Assembly (NCBI GenBank): GCA_012295275.1
Contig: CM022665.1
Span: forward strand, 42,904,001 to 42,968,000
Direction of reading: 5' to 3'
From: Chrysomallon squamiferum
Taxonomy: Eukaryota > Animalia > Mollusca
DNA length: 64,000 nt
Positions 55,131-64,000 of this stretch are shown here, piece by piece. The notes below the pieces were generated by a model that worked only from the letters and a program-made list of their open reading frames with translations, made no database searches and had not been told where the DNA came from. The translations under genes and the position numbers were made by a program. The number at the start of each line of letters is the position of its first letter. The stretch's first letter is position 1.

Positions 55131-58100
55131 CCACTGCAGTGTTTTGGTTGTCTTTGTTTATTTTTCCACTGCTGCGATGCGATGATACGAGGACGACGAC
55201 GTTGAAGAGTGTCGTTGACGCCCTGCAGAAGATCATTTCTTTTTACAAACACAACTACAAGGATTTCAACGTGGACGGTCTGTTTGGATTGCGCGTCGTC
55301 GAAGGTAAAACAGCTCGTTGATAAGGGGGTTCCCGTCTTTCTCTCCCCGTTTGCAGACGATGTGTATATATATGTATATTCGCGGGGTCTTTGCTAGATA
55401 GCTGATCGTTATAAGGAGTTGTTTACAAGTCACGTAACTTGGCTGTTAAATTCTCATTAGTGATTACAGGTGATTAAAGGTAACGGGAGATAAAGACAAA
55501 TACCAAACTTCTGAAAGGCTCACGGACCATATGTTGAAATGCAAATTTAAAAACTGTAGCAAGAATGTGAAAATGAAACAAAACTTAAAGAAATCCGTTA
55601 AGCTGTTTTATAAATTAATTTCAGTGTGTCTTAGTCTTCATTAGTAATAATATTAATAATAATAATAATATTAACAGAAAATAAAAATAAATTATAAAAA
55701 AATAGAATAGTTTTTTTTTTCGAAATGTCAAAAACATTAAATAAATTATTGTAACAGTTTGATACATTCATAACATTGTTTGTGTTATGTTAATAATATA
55801 ATAGAACATTGTTACGTCTGTATCACATTAAAATACATTGAACCACAACTGAATTACATTGTAACAATATTTCTTTTCACTTTTTCATTTAAAATAACTT
55901 CTGTAAAATCAGATTCCTTTTAAAATACACTATTAATCAATAACATAATCAGGATTTTAATACCTAGGAATTTATGAACAGATAGCTGTATTAAAAATAT
56001 ATTTATATATATAAAACAAATTATATTTATTTACAGTATTAATAATTGACAAATATTTAACTATATATTTAGTGTATGTTATTTTGCATCACATTTCAAA
56101 CCAAATGTGTTGTTCTTTTTTCAAGTCTTCTTTTGTGTTGTACATTCCTATGTTTAATTCAAATAAATTTATATGTTTGCCTAATTATGTAAATAACTAA
56201 TTTTAGATAATATATCACTTGAAGGTGAAGCATAAAACAGTTATTAAACATCAGTAAATCACTTTAATAAGTTACAGATGAATGTGAAATATCTAAACCT
56301 GAGTACATCATTTCAACTTTAAGAAATATTGTAAGAAAAATGACTAATTAAATTTAATAAATGACTTTAAGAAGTGTAAAATAACTAAATTTAATTAAAT
56401 TAGCTTAAGAAATATTCTAAGAAAAATGATGTAATAAATGACTTTAAGAAGTATGAAATAACTTAACTTCAGTACATCACTTTAAGAATAAGTATAAGAA
56501 AAGTTACTAATTCAAATGTAATGTTCAGCTTTAAGAAATTTGAAAGTTTCTAAATTTCAGTAGATAACTTTAATTAAAGTGACTGAACTCATTTAATACA
56601 CAGCTTTAAAAAGTATGAAATATTAATTTAAAAATATTTATATATGTTAACTGTATTAACTGTATGTGTGTGGAAGTGTTTATATGAGTGGGTGTGTGTG
56701 GGTGTGTGTACGGGTGTGTACATGTGTCTGTGCGTGCATATATATATCAACATGCTGTCAACACATCTGTTATCACTGTTTTAGCTATTTTGTAATTTGT
56801 ATGTGTACATAAAATAAATGTTCATCAGGTAACAGCTGGTCAATGAGATACTGATAATTTTTTTCTAATTTGTGTGTGTATGTGTGTCTGTTGCCACACA
56901 ATGTGTATTGTTTGACATATCTAGTCACAACATATATATATATATATATTTATATATATGTCTTGTTTGACAGTTGTTATCCAGTGTTGATTTTATGTAA
57001 GATAATTTATCTATGTTTTGCTAGCAGTAAAAATAATAATGGTACTAACAAAATAAAATAAAATAAATAATTGGTTTTTTTTTGTTTTGTTTTTTACTGA
57101 AAAATAATGATACATTATTACAGTATTTCATAAAATATAATAAGTAAAATATGGTACACTATAGTTAAAAGTATTTACCTTGTATTCAGTGAAATACACT
57201 TAAAATATAAGTATAAAAAAACAACAACAACAAAAAATAAAAAAAAATAACAAAAACAACTAAGCCAGTTATACAAATAAGAAATATATATATATATTCA
57301 AAAAAACAACCATGACAACAAAACCAAAGAAATCATTTCAAAAATGCAAATGATTACCCAAGAAATACATAGTTATTCAAAGTTATTCATATTGTATTAA
57401 AACACATTAATACAGTGTACTTGTCACTAATGTGTTTTATCAACAACATAGTTAATAGAAAGTGTCAGTCATTGTATTGTTTTTAAAAATAATACAGTGT
57501 AATACATTATTGATTTTCTTTCCAATTTTTTTTTTTGTCAAATTACTTGATAATACTGTTTGATACTTTTTTCTTTGCTTTTCTTTTTCTTTGATTTTTC
57601 TTCTTCTTCTTCTTTTTCATTGACACTATATATATATATATATTACAGAAGATTAATTTATATTTAGTTTAAATAGCAATAATAATAACAACAACCCTGT
57701 ACAGGTATTTTGCTTCTTATTTTTTTAATTTAAATATTAAAGATGGATGAATGGAAAATGGATTTTTACAATCACTATTATTATGTATAGATGTACATAT
57801 ACATACATACATACATACATATATTATTTTTTATTAATTTTATTTATTTATTTATTTTATTTTATTTTTGCAGGTCACATAAATCTACTTCTAAAGGAAT
57901 ATGACAAGGGCCACCATCGGCACCTGGACATCAACACTGTTCAGCATCTACGCAACATGGCTGCTGAGTCAACATTGATAGCGACTCAAGCTGTCGAGTT
58001 TGTGAAGAGGGAGAATGAGTCGTACTATAACATGTTCAAGACAATAGTGGTCGGGTCCTGGGATGTGTTCAGGAGGCACAGGGAAATCAACCCCCACTTC

Positions 58101-59464
58101 GTGTGGCATTCTAACATATACAGTGCCAAAAAGAAAGGTAAAATGATGTTGACAAATATTGTATAAAATGTGCCGTAAAATTTGCTGTGCAAATATGATA
58201 TGTAAAATGTGCTGTAAAATTTTCTGTGCAAATATGATATGTAAAATGTGCCGTAAATTTTTGCTGTGCAAATATGATATGTAAAATGTGCCATAAAATT
58301 TGGTGTGCAAAAAATAATATGTAAAATGTGCCGTAAAATTTGGTGTGCAAAATTATTATGTAAAGTAAAATTTATAAAATTAATATATAAGTGTACCAGC
58401 AAATATCTTGTTAAAAAATATTATATAAATATTTTATCAAATTTTTTTGGGGAAAAATAATATGTAAATGTGTCATGAAATTTAACTGTTCAGAAATTTA
58501 GTGTGTAAGTATAGCTGCAAATTTACCATGCAAAATGAATGCATAAATGTACTTTCACATCAACTGTGGCAAAGTCTTAACCAGCCATCAATGATCTGTT
58601 ATGAATAAAACCTCGTGTAATCTGGATGCTGGTTGCTTCAAATTCCACTGTAAAATAATGGTTTATATTTTAATTAGCACTGTATAGTACAACCACTTCT
58701 TAAACAATGACAGGAGTTTGCACTTAATAAAGACTGAGGTGAAATGTCTGCGCTGGTTTGAAGGTTAATAAAGAACAGTGGCGTGCTTCTTGTAATTGCC
58801 TTCTTACAGCTGGGTGAACAAGATCATCATTAGTGTGTGTTGATGTGTAAATTAATTAACTCATTTAGTTCTGCACATTTTGCATTATCATGTCACATTC
58901 ATTGTAATGACAGTGTGACCTTAAAATAGAGCAACATGCGGAACTTTCAGTGCAGTCTGAAGTGAAATTAGTAGAATAGTTTTATTCAGATTCATTGTGT
59001 GAACAGAAAGATTTAGCTGTGCAGTGTTAGTGACCGTTATTAGGAGTTGTATGAAACCAGGAGTTGTTTGGCTGAGAGAAAACAAATAACAGTTGGCAAA
59101 CTCAAAAATCTAAACAGATAGTCACTACACACCAGTTTTCTTAAAATGATAAAACAAATTAAGTCTTTTGCTGAAGATTTTTGAAACCAATGTTAAATAT
59201 GGCAGCCATGACAGAGGAGTTTGCTTTGGATAGAAATATAAAAAAATAAAAATAAATAAAAAAGAATCATCAGTGATAAACTGTTTCTGAGCTGACACTT
59301 GATGGATGTTTAACATTTGTAAATAGACATATTCCAATTTCATGTTATTTTAATCTTTATAAACTGACACTCTGTCAAAAATAGCATATTTCATTGATAC
59401 CAAGCGAATCCAATTTTGTCAGAATTCACTGTATGTGTGTGTGTGTGTGTGTGTGTCTGTGTGT

Positions 59465-59502
<38 letters not shown>

Positions 59503-60437
59503 ATAAAAGAAAAATATGAGTATAAAACAACAAGGAAAGGTGCACATAAAAGAACTCTTAAGCAGTAGTTGTGGGTTTCTTTTCTAGTGTATCTTCAACA
59601 TTAAGAAACTCTGAGTTTGCCTCTGTATTAACAAGGTATTATTAACCTGGTGTTCATTCATTTGTCAGCAGTTAATATGAATATATATTTAATATGAAAG
59701 ATTCATGAGTTAGATAACGACAGGTAATATGATAGTATATGGTTTATGTCATAATTATGTAAACAGCTGCCACTAACTAAGTACATAGTGTATTGTACTT
59801 GACAGTGATCTCATTTGTTCAGCATAGGTTTGAAAACTCATACATCTGTAAACAGAAATAGACAGATATTGGTTCCACTTTACAGTATATTACAGATTGT
59901 TCTAATATTGACATAGGTTAATACTGTATGTATACAACAGAGATAGCATCATACTGAATATATTTTTACTCAGAAAATATTCAGATAGAATATATAAAAT
60001 ATTTAGGTTGATACTGCTTATATGTTACAGCAAAGTATTAAGTAAACTTAATTTGTATATCACCATTTTCAGATCATAGATTGTTAATTTCTTTATTTAG
60101 TATTTCCTGTTCCACCCCAATGCTCCATGTAAGAATATTTATTATACTGCTGTTATACTAGTATTAGAATTTGCCATTTAGATGTAAAAGCCCCAGCTTT
60201 GATCAACTGCTTTAAATCTTGTGTGATTTCCTGCTCCAATTGCTACTTAGTATCCTATTTTAGCCTGAAATGCAATAAATTTTGATATGTTACATATGAC
60301 AGTACTTAACTTTTTAGCATAAACTGTAATGTATTACTGTATGTTACAAATAGTGTTATACTTACAGAAATGTATGTGTATATGTATTTATAAATATATT
60401 TATGTATGTATTTATGTATGTAAATATGTATGAATGC

Positions 60438-60475
<38 letters not shown>

Positions 60476-63070
60476 ATTTATTTATACATGTTTGTATTCA
60501 AACAGTGAAGCTGGACGAGGGTACTAGTGACCAGTGCATGGGTCAGATAACAGGGAGTGACACAGAGGGCACCAAGCCGTGCATGATAGATGACACGTGT
60601 CTGAACATCATGACTCAGAAGGGACTCACTGAGTACGGCATCACTCACCAGATTCTGTGGACTATGCTAGCAGAAAAGGTTTGTCAAACACCTCAAAACA
60701 AAATTTAAAATTAAAAAGAAAAAACAAACAGAAATGAAAATGTTTTACTGGTTCAGCATGATTATGGTATTATTGTGTATTCCTGTATTGTTGTGTACAC
60801 ACAGGTTTGTAGGATTATCATGTACATACACAGACATGCATTCATTTCTCAGATATTCTTCTACACAGATATATATTTATTCATATACATGGACATATGC
60901 ATATTCTTGTACACATACACATTCATATACATCTACATACAAATACTCACATATACAGACATATTCATAGACATATAAATAATCATGTACACAGGCATAA
61001 AATATCTGAACATCAATAAACATTCACATACAGACAAATAGTGGATAGAGAGATATACACATTCATTTATATAGATATGCGCCTATATACTAGATATTAA
61101 ATTCTTATATTAAATAATATACTATTATCATGCTGTTTTTATTCTCCTGAGGTTAGTTATAAACCTAACATTACCACATCTCTGTCTGGCATAAAGCACT
61201 GTCTATCCATTTCATATTAAGTATTCTTTAACATAATTATATGATACTAAATATGATATAACATATTTGATACTAAGTAATATTTAACATATTTGATCCT
61301 AAATATCATGTAACCTATTTGATCCTAAATAATATTTAATATATTTCATATTAAGTATCTATTTCATATTTATGTTTGATACTAAATATTATCTATTATT
61401 TGAACCAATTTGATTTGATACTGAATATATTATTTAATCCATTTTTGTACTCTAAGTAATATTTAACATGTTTTGATACTAAAATTATTATCTAAAATAT
61501 ATTTGATATTAATTTGTTTGGATTATCTAACATATTTAATACTAAATATTATCTAACTTATTAACTAAAATTATTATTTCATAATTTGATACTAAGAATT
61601 ACCTAAATCTGATGCTAAATAATATAAACTACTTTTAACCTGTTTGATACAAAATATTATCTAACCTGTTTGATACAAAATATTATCTAACTATTTGATT
61701 CAAAATATTATCTAATGTATTTGATTCTATTGCCAAATATTGATAATAAATATGTAGTCTGTTTCATACTAAATAATATCTAACCTATTTGATACTAAAT
61801 AATATCTAACCTATTGGATACTAAATATTATTTAACCTGTTTGATACTAAATGTTATCTAACCTGTTTGATACTAAATATTATCTAACCTGTTTGATACT
61901 AAATATTATTTAACCTGTTTGATACTAAATATTATTTAACCTGTTTGATACTAAATGTTATCTAACCTGTTTGATACTAAATGTTATCTAACCTGTTTGA
62001 TACTAAATATTATCTAACATCTTTGATACTAAATAATATCTCACCTCTTTGATACTAAATATTATTTAACCTGTTTGATACTAAATAATATCTCACCAGT
62101 TTGCTACTCAGTGTTATTAAATCTGTTGTATGTTATATTTCAGGCTGGTTGTACGAGTATTCTGAATCAGTCTCTATTGAAAAAGGGCTACAGCAGCGTT
62201 GATGAGATGCAACTTGAGTTCTGCACCAACAACTACTATGAGATGGTGGCCATCATTCACATCTACATGAAGGGCAACATCACCTCTGACTACCAGGATC
62301 TCTTCTTGGAGGAGCGTGAGTACAACATATTCCCGTTCCAACCAAAGCTCTTTGACAACAGATATAATGATATGTGAACGCACACTTACATAGACACGCA
62401 CTCAGTCAGTAATCACAACTGCTAATACTGACAATATGCTGAAAAATTTAAGCATAGAAATAAAACAACTTACACAAATACATGTATATTCCAGTGAATG
62501 CAGAATATTATATTTTCCCTGTTGTTCTTTGTTTTTCAGAATTTATCTGTCCCAGTGTTGGGTTTTACCAGTACCTGAAGAAGGACTACCTCACACAGAT
62601 TCTCTCTTGGCAGAAGGACTCAGGGTGTTTTTATGACAAGCAAACACAGTCGTCAAGATACATACTGAAAGACCTAAAGCATCCAGTTGTACCATCAAAC
62701 ATAAAAATAAATCCTTTGAAATTCAGACCAAAGGAGCCAGGCATGAAGCAGCAGCAGCAACAGCAGCAACAGCAACAGCAGCAGCAGCAGCCAGGCCTGG
62801 TTCACAATGAAGTTCAAGCAGCAAAGAAACAGAACGTCATTCAGCAGATTCAGAACCATCAGCAGCAGCCAAATGTGAGAAACATCGGCCGACAGTTGCC
62901 TCCCTTGAAATCAGACTTGAACGTGAAATACCATGGCAACGGGAACCAGCGTGGAAAAGTAGTTACGAATTTTGAAAGGAAGTCAGGACTCCTGCCTCAG
63001 TTTGGTGATAAAAGTTACAGGATGCAGAGGAGACAGACAAGAAGGTTGTTGGTAGAGAAATCAATGGCTG
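55124..63070 (+). CDS. C16orf89: UPF0764 protein C16orf89 homolog, secreted; 3' end beyond the window
   Basis: Exons 55124-55304, 57874-58137, 60506-60678, 62144-62315 and 62540-63070 are all GT-AG and phase-consistent (1,1,0,1,1). Signal peptide, then family motifs NVDGLFGLRVVEG, SDQC..C...C...MT..G...Y.ITHQIL, DLFLEEQ..C...GF and ILSWQKDSGCF. Confidence 0.88.
58160..58352. repeat. ~40-bp minisatellite right after C16orf89 exon 2
   Basis: gtaaaatgtgccgtaaaatttg.tgtgcaaatatgatat about five times. Confidence 0.9.
61240..62100. repeat. 26-bp minisatellite (AACCTGTTTGATACTAAATATTATCT), most homogeneous next to exon 4
   Basis: Many units, becoming more degenerate leftwards. Confidence 0.9.
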
Positions 63071-63079
63071 GTTAGTTGA

Positions 63080-63585
63080 CATTTAATATACAGACATTAA
63101 TATTAGTAACATTTGACTATTTACATTTAATATACAGAAATTAAAATAGTAACATTTGATTATTTACATTTAACATACAGTCATTAATAGTTGTAACATT
63201 TAACTATTTACATTTAATATACAGAAATTAAAATAGTAACATTTGATTATTTACATTTAACATACAGTCATTAATAGTTGTAACATTTAACTATTTACAT
63301 TTAATATACAGAAATTAAAATAGTAACATTTGAGTATTTACATTTAATATACAGTCATTAATAGTAGTAACATTTGATTATTTACATTTAATATACAGAA
63401 ATTAATATTAGTAACATTTGATTATTTACATTTAATATACAGACATTAATAGTAGTAACATTTGATTATTTACATTTAATATACAGACATTAATAGTTGT
63501 AACATTTGAGTATTTACATTTAATATACAGACATTAATAGTAGTAACATTTGACTATTTACATTTAATATACAGACATTAATATT
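63080..63585. repeat. 43-44-bp minisatellite right after C16orf89 exon 5
   Basis: tttacatttaatatacagacattaatagtagtaacatttgatta about 11 times. Confidence 0.93.
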
Positions 63586-64000
63586 TGTTTGCTAACACCT
63601 CAGTATTAACATTGGTTAATGAATATATGTTTAGTGAAATATCAGTGAGTATTAAATTTAACTGGACAGACTGTAGTGATTAATGTTTTAATTACAAAGT
63701 AAATCATGCGATGTCTTTACAGATAGTATCAGAGAAGAAACCTACTGCAGCAATATTATTAACAATATTTTTTAAAATAGTTAACCTGAAGGAATATTTT
63801 GTTTTCACATCAGAACTGAAGTTGTTTTTACAGCTGTTGTTATTTAAGATTGTTTAAGCATTAAAATAACAGAACAATTGCTGAACTTTTATTTTATTTT
63901 TTTTTTATTTTTTTTTTTTACAGTTGTAGCTGTTTAACATTACTTGGTTTCTTACTCTCATTGTCCCTGATTAGGCATCAACAAATATTTTTTGATATGA

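Overview
AT-rich, microsatellite-dense animal genomic DNA, probably a mollusc (inferred from gene content and repeat style, not verified). Three intron-rich genes were reconstructed by hand from splice sites and reading phase. (1) Minus strand, ~30.4 kb down to <3.3 kb, running out of the window: a PDZ-domain gene with at least two alternative 5' ends that supply different N-terminal halves of the same PDZ domain. (2) Plus strand, 32480-52550: a complete 28-exon gene for a secreted protein of about 1585 aa. It consists of a signal peptide, a Thr-rich spacer and eight tandem Cys-bracketed, MIDAS-intact VWA domains, with no collagen, EGF or TM segment. Every inter-domain linker is encoded by 9-15 nt micro-exons (plus a 21-nt tail exon), internal intron positions differ between repeats, and repeats 1-3 show patchwork gene conversion. 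(3) Plus strand, 55124 to >63070: a C16orf89/UPF0764 homolog with a long Gln-rich insert. Also present are an 808-bp Tc2/pogo-type MITE with TA TSD, decayed copies of a dispersed SINE-like repeat, and many minisatellites, two of which duplicate splice sites. Two single-G deletions in G runs (minus-strand G run at 23771-23775; 36015-36017) frameshift otherwise intact exons and are probably sequencing errors. No rRNA, tRNA or CRISPR was found.
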